Below, piece after piece: positions 53,000-64,000 of a stretch of 64,000 nt of DNA. The notes beneath the pieces are model-generated. The model had not been told where the DNA came from, did not search any database, and saw nothing but the letters and a program-made list of their open reading frames with translations. How positions within the stretch are numbered: position 1 is the first letter of the stretch; every line of letters begins with the position of its first letter. This DNA is from Sphyrna mokarran (taxonomy: Eukaryota): NCBI GenBank assembly GCA_024679065.1, contig JAGIQG010000011.1:6820001-6884000 (forward strand), read 5' to 3'. The translations under genes and the position numbers were made by a program.

Positions 53000-55900
53000 T
53001 CTCTTGTCCTGGATGATCATAGATGTAAGAACAGTCATCACCCCGAAAGACGTGAGTTCGGAAATTCAGAACTCAAGTCTAAAGTGAAGCTGGCATCATT
53101 GAAGTGTATTTGTTTCAGGGGAGGAGTGATCTGTACAAGCTGGATGAGTTGCACCTCAGCAGGGTCACCGTAGGGAGGTTTGCTATTTCTGGTTTGGTGG
53201 GATCAAGCTTTTCACAGAGCTACGTAGACTCAAAAGAGGAGAAGCAAATTGGAAATAGAAGAGAATTAGTCAGCAAATATGGAAGATTAAGGAAACAGAA
53301 GCTAGAAAATAGCAAAGAAATTGATCAATAAATAGTGGTACATACTTCAATGCAAGGAGCTTACAGAAAATAAGCCCATGTGCATCCTTTAGACAATTGG
53401 GAGTGTGATGATCATAGCTACTATCAAAACGTGGTATAAAGAGGGCAGAAATGGCAGCCAAGCATTCCTGAAAACAGGGTTTCCAGGTGGGATTAATGGA
53501 CTAAAATAAACAGGGGAACAAAAAAGAAGCAATCTCAAGAGTGTAATATAGACTTCCAGTCGGTAGAAGAGTAAATATGCAGTAAATGGCTGAGAAACGT
53601 GGAACCAGTAGGGCAGAAATAGTTGGGAGATTTTAACTTACGTATTAACTTGGATAAATTAATTGCAAAAGTATACAGGGTATAAAATTCTTAACATGCA
53701 TTCAGGATTTTTTTAAAATCCAACCAGAGAAGGGGCAGTTCTGAATTTCCTTTTAGGGAGTGAAGCTAGGAAAGGGAAACAGCATGAGAGTATTTTAGTA
53801 GTAGCAAACATAATTTAGTTAGAATTCTAGTAAATATGGAACAGGGCAAAGATAGAGCTAGCATATAAAATTTAAATTGGGGAAGGGCTAATTTTATCAT
53901 GCTGAAATGTAATTTAGTGAAAGTGGACTGGAAACAGCTACTTAAAGATAAATCAGTGTCAGGGCAGTGGGAGGCATTCAAGAAGATAGTGAGGGCTCAT
54001 AGCAAATATGCTCCCACAAAGAAAAAGGATAGATCTCTTAAATCTAAATGTCTCTGGATATTAAAGAGCGTATAGAGCAAGATAAGGCAAAAAGCCTAAA
54101 GGAATATACAAAGTGCAGGGATGCAATTATAAAACAAATTAGGAAAACCAAGAGAGAACATGAATAAAATATTGGCAAGTAAAATAATGGAACCCTCAAT
54201 GATATTTTATAAATAGGTAAAGAAAGAGCAAGACAATAACTAAGAAAACAGCAAGGTTGGTTAGTGACCAAAAAAGGTAAATTGTGTGTGGTGGTGTAAC
54301 ATTTGGGCATGATTCGTAATGAATCTCACGCATCAGTTTTCACAAGAGGGGAATGAAACAGGCTTTCTGGTTGAAGGAGTGTGAAATATTAGTTAGGAAA
54401 TATTTGAGTGTTCAACACTCATGAAAATTGATAAATCATGAGCCCGGAATGAGATACATCTTTCTTAAGGAAGGAAAGGGACAAAGCTCTGACCATCATT
54501 TCCTTATCCTTTCTGGCTTCAGGCATGGTGTTGGGAATCATGAACAGTTGACCTATCATTGTTTAAAAAAGAAATTGGTTGCCTGAATCATTGCAGGCCA
54601 TCAGCTTAATCTTGGAGGAGGCCAGGTATTGAAAATAAATTCCGAGACAGTATAAGTCATCATATCAGTGAAGATTGTGGAAGCATTGAAGAATGCTTCT
54701 TCAATGCGTTGAAGCATCCTCTGGATGCTCCAGTTACCTTCCAGAGTCCATAGATGTGCAAGTTAGATGGTCTGGCCATGCTAAATTGTCCTTTGGTTTC
54801 CCAAGATGTGTAGATTGGATGGATTGGCCGTGGGTAATAGGAATAAGATGGGGTAGTGGGCCTGGGTAAGATACTCTGTAAGAATTGATGAAATCTTGAT
54901 GGGCAAATGGCTACCATCTGCATTATCCCTCCCATCTTTCTGCTTATTTTATATGTTTATTGAAATTATTTTATATTTGACTGAAGTGGTATGGATGCCT
55001 GTTGCAGAGAGAATATAGTGATATGATTGATGGCGATGAGATTGTTGGGAAAGAAAAGAGGAAGGCCCAATACCAAATAGAAAGATGGAGTGGCAAGAGA
55101 CTTCAAGACAATGAGATTGGAAGAATAATGGATGTCTTTTAGTAAAGATGGAGAATGGCACTCAATCAGCATTGTGGTAACTCCAGAGAAAATGGGAGAA
55201 GTTGAAAGTAATATTAGTAGTATAAATCTTGACACAGAAAAGGCAAGAATTAATTAAGAGTCAACACAGGGGACATGATTAAGAAGTTTACAGATCAATC
55301 AAAAATGGCTGTTGAGTGAGGAAGAAAGCTGTGGAATCAAGGGTCAATAGAGTGCTTGATGTGCTGAGAAGTGCCAAACTGAATTAAATCTGGCAATGTA
55401 CCAGGTAATGTATTTGGCAAGACAAACCAGGCAAGGGAATACACAATTCATTACAAAATTCTGGCAAGTTAGGAAAAGAAAGAGGCCTTGGGGTACCAGT
55501 CCACAAAGTTTATTGGCACAGGATTTGAGAATAAAGAAAGAAATGATACCATGCATAGTGAGAGAAGGCACTAAGATGATGTCAATGGAAGCACAAGATG
55601 GGGGTGTTGGAAATTAGGGGTAGGCCCTACACACAAAGTCTCAAATTTATAAATACCTGAAGATAACAGGATAGATGGAAAAGGGGATCACAAGGGCATA
55701 CGGGATGTTTGCCTTTAGTAACTGAGTCCGAGAATAACAGTGAAGAGGATATGCTTTAACTGTATAAAACTGGAGTTGGTACTGCATACAGTTCTGGTCA
55801 CTGCTGTACAGGAAGAATGAGGGGTCAGAGGGGATATTGCAGGATATTGCCAGGAAAGACGAAGTTTAGCAGAGGAAGGATTGGATAGGCAGGGCTGTTT

Positions 55901-56150
55901 TTCTGCAACAGAGGGGATTTAATTGAAAGATCAGGATAGATCTTTCTTTTCCACAATTTCCAAAAGCACTCAGGTCAATACCTAATTGGTAGAAGGATTC
56001 TAGGTAAATTGAGAAGCAATTTATTTTCATCAAGAGGGTGGTGGAAGTCTGGAGCTCACTACTTGAAAGGATGGTGGAGGCAGATATCCTCACTGTATTT
56101 GAAAACACTTGGATATGCACGTGTGTCGCAACATGCAGGGCTATCTGTGC
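53000..56150 (+). mobile_element. Long decayed CR1 LINE with internal insertions
   Basis: Endonuclease remnant (gttgggagattttaactta, VGDFN), a linker region and the C-terminal region are recognisable at DNA level. Interrupted around 54660-55250. Confidence 0.65.
54717..54978 (+). repeat. 262-bp direct copy of 56385-56646
   Basis: About 5 mismatches by eye. It includes the SINE 3' half plus the non-SINE flank. Confidence 0.95.
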
Positions 56151-56274
56151 TGTAAAATATATTATGTTTCTCTATCTTGGCTCATTTCACTGAAACTTCC
56201 TTCCTAAAATACCAAAACTCCTTGAAAAGCTTTGATCAATTTTTTACCCAAATGTTCAAGATCTTTCACCATTC

Positions 56275-56595
56275 AGGGTGGCAGGGTGATACTGCAGCCT
56301 CAAAGTGCCAGGGATCCAGATTCAATTTCAGCCTTGGGTGGAGTTTGTGTGGTATTTGCATCTTCTCCCAATGTCTGCACAGTTTCCTCTGGATACTCCA
56401 GTTACCTTCCAGAGTCCATAGATGTGCAAGTTAGATGGACTGGCCATGCTAAATTGTCCTTTGGTTTCCCAAGATGTGTAGATTGGATGGATTGGCCGTG
56501 GGTAACAGGAATAAGATGGGGTAGTGGGCCTGGGTAAGATACTCTGTAAGAATTGATGAAATCTCGATGGGCAAATGGTTACCATCTGCATTATC
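56275..56595 (+). mobile_element. V-SINE, decayed
   Basis: Head remnant (gggatccagattcaatttcagccttggg), V core and tail. Confidence 0.75.
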
Positions 56596-56646
56596 CCTCC
56601 CATCTTTCTGCTTATTTTATATGTTTATTGAAATTATTTTATATTT

Positions 56647-59600
56647 TACATAAGAAACACACACACATCCACACAGTACTCATGTGCGTATTCCAACATG
56701 ACTGGCCACAAGGCTTCCTAGGGCCGGGGGACAAGCCCCGGTACACCTGGCATACATCCTGCCCAAGTTCTGTCTAATTGCACCAGTAATGACAGTAATA
56801 ATATAAAAACATAAAGGCAGAGGAATGCTGCTGGAGAACCAACTGGGTGCCCAAACAACCGAGGCTATAAACTAGCGAGTGGAGAAGAGAGGGAAAGAAG
56901 ACAACAAAGGAGAGAGAAGAAACAGAATGAAGGGGAAAAGAGAAAAGTTCTGTGTTGATCCCCACACCTCAACAAGGTGGGTGGGCTTATTCAGGAGAAG
57001 GGCCAGGCAGGTGGTTCTGTGGGAGCACCTGGCGTCTTGAGGCCAGTGGGTATCTACTCACCTAGCTCTAACTGCAGCATCCCAAAATGCACTATAAATG
57101 ATTGCCAGGTCTTATAGAACCTAACGTTGGACCCATGTAGCGTGCATATCATCTTCTCCAGCTTAATGGATCTACCACCTCCTTCACCTACTGTGAGTGC
57201 AAGGGGGTGTACCTGATTTCCACCTAAACAGGATTAGTCATCTTGCCAGGGGTGTAGTGAAAACTACAAAATCCACTTGGAATTTCAGCAGCAGTATATT
57301 TAAAGACACAACCCCAAACAGAGCAGTCTGGTGGGGAATGCGCTTATGCCCCAATCTTGCATTGCCACAATCGTCTCAAATATCGATGTCCAGTAGTTAT
57401 ACAGTGATGGGCAAGCCAGAACATAAGAGGGTGATGGAAGCTTGCCGACACCATTCACAAATGGGACTTGTGCCTGGGCACATTCTAAAGAGTCTAATCT
57501 AGTTAGATATGCTCTGTGAAGGAGTTTACATTATATCCTGCCTACCTGGCACATATTGAGGAGGAGCGTACTCAATGCAGCACCATGTTTCAATCCTCCT
57601 CCGAGAACTCCTCTCCCAGATCTCATTCCCATAAAGATTTAACCACTGATAAAGTTTTGTTGGGATTGAATTTGAGAATAAAGAACAGAAATGATACCTC
57701 GTATAGTAAGTGAAGATGTCAGTGGAGGCATGTGGTGGGAATGTTGGAAATTGGGGGTCGGCCTTACACACAAAGACTCAAATTAGCAAACATCTGAAAA
57801 AGTGCATTGCAGGTAAAGCAAACTTATCCAAAACCTGTCGGAATGATGCAAACAGCTTGTCCACATTCAAGTCCCAGAATGTTCTGATCCCGTGCTTGAC
57901 CTGTACACTGAAGCCACTGTCCAAAACAGATGGAGGAAAAAAATGATTAGCAAATACTAAGCAGGTTTGAAACACAAAGTGGCGTCTAAATTGTCAGAGT
58001 TGACTTGAGAAGTGCATTCCTAGTATACTGGGAAGTGGGAAAATATCAAGCAGCCAGGGAACACAGAGCACAGGAAGAGGATTCTAATTGCAGCCTACAA
58101 GGAACCTTCCATGCTGCCTCTCTCTCTCTCTGCATCCACTATCACTGTCGTTTTGGCTGCCCAATAATAATTGAGCAAAGAAAATTGGGCAAAGCCATAC
58201 CTGCTCCCGTTCAGGGCTTTACAAGATTGTCCTCTGTATTCTTGAGTTTTTCCTATTCCAGACAAAGCTTGAAATGAATTGAACAAGTTTGTAAAAAATA
58301 GGGTTTGGGGATGATCATTGGGATGAACTGAAAGAGATATAAAAACTTAAGTAGTATATTCCTCTTTACCGCATAGATAATAGGAGGATAGACCAATATT
58401 TGAAATCCTTTCCATCCACCCCATGAGTGGAACAAAGTTAGCTCCAAAGGGCCCATTAAATTTACTACTCATTTACACTCCCAAGTACACTGCCTTCAGA
58501 CAATCTTGAAAGGCAAGATGCGGAGCGGGAAGCTAAGAGCCACTGCATTAAAAGAAAGGAGTTCTTTCTTATACAAGAGAAGCTTGTACCCCAAAAAACA
58601 ACTAAACCTCTCTGCTATAGATAAGACTTTGGGAATCGGCATACTTTAGTAGATTGCCCACAAACAGCGATACTCTCCGCTTGAATCATCTCTGGTAGCT
58701 TGGAGGTGGCAGGTGCGTATACAATATCAAACAACTGCCAAATGTTTGAGTACACATTGATAAACCCAATCTGGTCAGGTGAGATATGATAGAGGGCAGA
58801 ACCTTAGAGATCAGTTTGAGATCTACATTCAGTAATGAGATCAGTCTATAAGAGCTGCAGATTTGCAGGTTCTTATTCTTTTTAAGGATGTTGCTTGCCT
58901 CAAGGCCTGCAGGAGAGAGCGGTTCTCATATGATTCATTGATCATATGCAGTAGCAGGGGAGCCAACCTATCCATAAATATTTTGCAGAACTCAATGAGG
59001 TACCCATGTGGCCCCAGATATTTCCCATTCAGCATAGTTCTAGTCACCCTAACAATTTCTTCAATGTCAATTGTTTTCTCCAATGCCGCAGTCTCTCCCC
59101 TGTCCATGACAGGGAGATTCAGTGCCCCAAAGAACTCCTGAAAGTCTGCCTTGTAGGCAGTAGTCTCCGAGCTATAGGGGGTTGAGTAAAAATACCTAAA
59201 CAGTTAATTTATTTGCTGTGGATCAGTAGAGATCCCGTTTGGAGACTGAATTTGTGGTATTAGACTTTTGGTGGAGAATTGATACAGCTGATGAGCTAGT
59301 AGCTTGTCTGCCTTGTTCCCATGCTCATAGTGTGTATATTTAGATTTGGACAGCTTCTTTTCCGCTTGACATGAGGACAATAATAAAATGTTCCTTATAT
59401 ACCTATGGGGATGGGCCCATAGCATAGGCAGCATCAACTTAATTCCAATACCTCCTACCTCTCTACTTCGCCTCATGTGCTGATGATGATGATCTGGCCC
59501 CTTAAATGATCCTTCAATGTCTTCCATAAGGTAGCTGCCGAGATTCCCTGGGCATCATTAAACATTAAGGAATTATTGATCCGGGTTAACAGAAATCTAA

Positions 59601-60575
59601 CAAATTCATCATCAGCAAGCAGACAAATATTAAATTGCCAAAGCGTACGAGGGCCCAACTTCCTCCCCACTATCAAGTCCATTATCAAAGTCTGAGATTA
59701 CAATGGCTTCGTAGAAGCATGAGCATGCAGGCGGGAGCAAAAAGTAATCTACGTGTGAATAGGTTTGGTGGACAGGTGAAAAAAAATTCCCTATTAGTGG
59801 GGTTAAGAAACCTCCGTGGGTCCTATGGAATGGGTATTCCGTGAGAAATTACTTAATAATTCCTGCTGAAGTGGCTCATCTTCAAGTTCCAACACATTCT
59901 TGAATAGCTGCACGTGTAGTATACTTTGATACCAAGTATCAAAGTCTGTGATACTTGGGCTAGTTTCCTCCGGAAAGATGATCAGAGGGATGTTTTTTCG
60001 TCTTTGGCGACCTTCCATCTCATCACATTTCTCCCTTAGGGATTTAATCTCCGATGTCAAATGAGTAACTTAGCTGTACAGCTCGGAGGTAGTGTTTCCA
60101 TTAAATGCCTTCAAGTCCTCAAGCTCCTTCAAGCTGTTCTCATGGGCAATGGTGACACCTTGGAGAGATTTAACAGATGATCCGAGCTCCTCTCTCAGCT
60201 CATCCATCTTGGCCTGCAACTCAGTAGCCCACCAGCTCAACATACTGCACAATCTTTGCATGGCCTCCATACTAACTTCCCCTGTCCTTTCACTCAGCAT
60301 GCTCTGCTCAGGGACCCCACCAGAAGTGTGGGGTGGGGTGGGGTGGGGTGGTGTGGTGTGGGACCCCACCGTAGTCCCACTCTTCAATTCTGGTTTGCCT
60401 CTTGTCATTTTGCCAGTGACAGCGCCTGAGGGCTTACCCATTTTCTCCAGCTTGGAGTGCTATTTCTTGGTCCGCATATCAAGCTACCTTGCTGTTCGAT
60501 CTACTTCTCTTGCAACTCTGACAATTTTCCTGAACTAAAAAACATCCACCTCATATCCGGCTTGTTCTTCTTCTT
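56647..60575 (-). mobile_element. L1-clade non-LTR retrotransposon, near full length with deletions
   Basis: ORF1 pieces: a coiled-coil-like stretch and EMEGRQRRKNI (cf. DLENRSRRNNI). ORF2 pieces: WQFNICLL, LWKTLKDHLRGQII, YEHGNKADKLLAHQL and NGKYLGPHGYLIEF (cf. KSPGPDG). Multiple stops and frameshifts. Confidence 0.88.
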
Positions 60576-60579
60576 TTCC

Positions 60580-61469
60580 AGTCATCTGATCAAAAATTAA
60601 TTTACCACATTACCTGGTTCTTAGATTTCTAAAGATTTGTAAGGTTCTGGTACTAGTTCATATGTATCTTCATATGATTTTTTCACCTTACATGTACTAG
60701 ATATCTCTGCTGGTGGTGATGCAAACACTTCACTAGCTCTGCCTACCAATTTTGTTCGAATGAATAATACCCACATATCCTGTGGCCATTTCATTTCTTC
60801 AGCCTTACTCTCAAATGAAATGACTTCTGCATCCTTCTCATCAAACTTTGGCAATGCTTGGACATATTTAAATAAATCCCCACCAAGCTTTTGACTACAA
60901 TGCTCTTGCTCCTTCTCACGATCCTCTTCACTACCCTCAGACTGTACTTTGCTCTTCACCTCCGCCAATTGTACCTAACATTCATTTTTCAAGGCCAGTT
61001 TCCAAAGTTCAAAAACTCTCTTTTTCCCTTTCCAAAATCTCCCTTTCCTTCTGTTTTGCCTGAAAATTAAATAGTTTTAGTTCTTTTTCGCATTCAAACT
61101 GTTTCATTTGTAACTGAATTCTCACCATTTCTAACAATTCTGTCTATGCATCTGGCAATTTCAAATGCTGTACTTTTACCACAATTATCCATCCTTTCCA
61201 TACTCTGTCAGACGATGTCAACTGCAATGTATTCACCAATTCCAAAAGTTTTGCTTTAGTCACCTTTTACAAAGTATCCTGCATGACTTCCTCTAGCCCC
61301 AAAAACGTCTGAGCCTCTGAAAGAGCCATTAGTCTACACCACACTCCCTACTTAAACATGAATACAACATCTGGAAAAAAAACACAAATATGCTCAGCAC
61401 TGTCTTTGAATTCACCGATCCCAAAATCAATCACGAAATACAGATTTCAATACCGGACAAGCCCCCAGT
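60580..61469 (-). mobile_element. Gypsy LTR retrotransposon internal 5' part (PBS and gag)
   Basis: ORF 60621-60968 has LPKFDEKD...MKWPQDMWVLFIRTKLVGRASEVF...YELVPE, typical of fish Gypsy gag. PBS TGGGGGCTTGTCCGG (61453-61467, minus) is complementary to the tRNA-Pro 3' end. Confidence 0.85.
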
Positions 61470-62095
61470 TGTTACGAGTCAGATTGGATACTTCAAAGTG
61501 TTCTACAAAACTCTAACCTGTAACATTTTATGTTGAATTTGGCTAGGATGAGCATGAGAGGTTTCACTTCAGGTGTGATTCAACTGACCCACAAGGAGCT
61601 TTTATCAAAAAAAAAATTGACATGTATAGTAAGACAATTAAATCAGCAAGAACTTTTAACAATTACAAACAAAAAACACAACAACTACAACAATGTATAC
61701 CTCTTAAGGAAATATCTCTACTGCATTCCAACCAAAGCCAATACACAAAACCCTCAAATTAAACACAATACTGCATTGGTTAATGCCCACTTGTTACAGG
61801 AATCCCATCTCCTGAGTTGAATGCTGAAGATTCCTTGTGAAGGAAAATCAGAAATGGTTGTAGTAGAATCTATTTCCCAAAACACAGCTTCTTAAAAAGA
61901 ACAGAGAGAGAAAGAGACTGCTTCTTAGCTTGCTGCTAAACTGCTTCCAAAACACTGCCCAAAACAAAACTGAAAGCCCAAAGGAAAAACCTCATCATCT
62001 GACTGCCAAGCTTAACTCCATCTCCCCCATGACAGCACTAAAGCTGTAAGCTGCATGATTTTAAAAAACTTTCTTAAAGGTACACGCATATGACA
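61470..62095 (-). mobile_element. 5' LTR of the Gypsy element
   Basis: Minus strand begins TGTCAT and ends GTAACA, 2 nt before the PBS. The outer boundary is inferred from the TG...CA inverted termini only. Confidence 0.65.
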
Positions 62096-62799
62096 CAGTA
62101 AATGAGAAACGTTTTGCTGGTTGATGGGTCAATAAACAGAGTGCAAAGATCTGATGTCGTTAGTAAAAGAACCAAAGGATAAACTAGATTTATTTTCATG
62201 CAGCAAGTTATGAGGATGTGAAAAGCAGTGTCAAAATGCAGCAAGTTAGAAGAATGTTCAATGCACTGTTAAAATTGGTGAGGAGCAAATTGAATAATGA
62301 GAAAACGTTGCACAATATAAGCTTCCGCTAAACTTTAGAAGGGAGAGGTGACTTGATTGCAAGAGATAAGATCCCGAGGGGTCTTGGCAGGATAGACATG
62401 GAAAGGATGTTTCCTCGTGGGAAAATCTAGAATTAGGGTAACTGTTTAAAAATAAGATGTCACCCATTTAAGACAGATTTTTTTCCCCTCAGAAAAGTGA
62501 GTCTCAGAATCCCTACAGTGCACAAGAGGCCATTCGACCCATCGAGTCTGTACCGATGCTGATAGTGTCTTTGGAACTCTTATTCAAAAGGTGATGGAAG
62601 CAGAGTTTTTGAATATTAAGAGTTGGATAGATTCTTGATAAGTAAGGGATTAGAAAGTAATAGGAAAGGTGGGAATGTGGAAGTGAGGTTACAATCAGAT
62701 CAGCCATGATCTTCTTGAATAACAGAGCAGCTCAAGGGACCAACTGGCCTAGTCTTAATTCATATGTTTAATAATAACTTAAGGGGGAAATCGCATATA

Positions 62800-63080
62800 T
62801 CCTCCAAGATGGCACCGGAGCGAGTTGACATCTTGCAAGCTGTGCCTAGCATTCCTTCTAATTGTATCTTTTATTCTTGTTCAATGCTTCTAAAACTTCA
62901 TTCTAACTCTTTTAAACTCTCTAAAAATGCTTTAATTCAATTTCTTATATCCTAGCTATGACTAACAATGCTTTCTGCACTCTCTCGTTTCCTTCTTAAT
63001 GAATGGTATGCTTGGTCTGTATAATGCGCAAGCAGCAATACCTTTCACTGTATGCTAACACATATGACAATAATCAAATC
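62800..63080 (+). mobile_element. Short non-autonomous Rex/Babar derivative
   Basis: ccaagatggcaccggagcg head and an AT-rich spacer, then a tail at ~62945-63080 matching the Rex/Babar 3' UTR at 26220-26370 and ending aataatcaaatc. No ORF sequence. Confidence 0.65.
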
Positions 63081-64000
63081 CTTGAAAAGGGAAAATATAT
63101 AGATTTGTGTGAAAATAGCAGGGAATTGGGACTAATTGGATATTTCTTATAAAACATTAGACACGAGCGGGTAAATGGCCTCATTTCAAAGTGCAAGACT
63201 AATTCTAACCCTTGACTGTTTCCTTTTAAACTCTGGCTTCCTAAGACATCTACTCCCTTGACTAAGCCATTGCCAGCTGTGCCTTCAACAGCTCACCTCG
63301 CAGGTCTAGAATTTGCTCCCTGAATCTTTACCTTGCACTTCTTTATTAAAAGCAATCACAAAACTTCTCTGACTAAACTCTTAGTCACAAAAGGTTGAGG
63401 AAAAACTCAAGTCTGGAGTAGGGGGAGGGAGAGGGAGAGAGAGAGTTAATATTTCAAGTCCAATGTGACTCAACTTTAAAACTGAATGCATTCTGAAGAA
63501 TCAAATTGCACTCAAAGCATTAACTCTGTTTCTCCCTTCATAGCTGCGATCAGACCTGCTGAATTTTTTCAAGAACTTATTTTAATTTCGGATCTCCTGC
63601 ATCGGCAATATTGTGCTTTTGAACTTCTCACCACCCTTCAAATACTATCTTTTTTGACTTGGTGGTAATAGTTGGCCCATTACAAAACAATGAAACACAA
63701 CATTGTTCTCTTAAACAAAAGGCACTATATAAATGCAAATTGTAATTACAGATCAGATTTAAGACCATCTAGTCAATCATTAACAGTTGTCTGCGAATTT
63801 GACAAAACTTGGCAAAGAAATGTGAATGCTGTGATGCTGGCTCCCCCTCCAAAGTACTCATTAACACACTAGTGTTGGCCACAGTCTTCCCTCCCTGCAT
63901 CCTTTTGCAACAGATCTACCTTACAGCTTAGTTATACAGCTTGAACAGTTGCATATCTAGGCATTCTTAGAGTCACTGACAAAAACAATGCATTGAATGA

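Noticed and set aside
60092-60538. 148-aa + strand ORF
   Set aside because: Antisense shadow of L1 ORF1.

Overview
Vertebrate nuclear DNA, AT-rich and CpG-poor. The repeat content (V-domain HE1-type SINEs, CR1, Rex/Babar, Penelope-like elements) suggests a cartilaginous fish; this is an inference. Two genes face each other tail-to-tail: the last coding exon of ICA1L (+, 93-208) and the last four coding exons of FAM117B (-, 42890 down to 14611). I did not find the upstream FAM117B exons in the window. The rest is 3' UTR, intergenic or intronic DNA packed with decayed retroelements, including an L1-clade copy and a Gypsy LTR/PBS/gag piece. Best leads: (1) a TSD-flanked ~220-bp retroposon at 50080-50297 built from the 5' and 3' parts of U2 snRNA, with the branch-point-pairing middle replaced by foreign sequence (a SINEU-like element); (2) a cluster of tiny TSD-flanked Penelope-type elements at 35272-35992 carrying minimal hammerhead ribozyme motifs, two of them fold-backs; (3) a V-domain insert lacking a tRNA head inside a young CR1 3' UTR; (4) a candidate 15-nt FAM117B microexon; (5) local inverted and direct duplications with repair-like signatures. 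All family and gene assignments rest on remembered sequences, not database searches.
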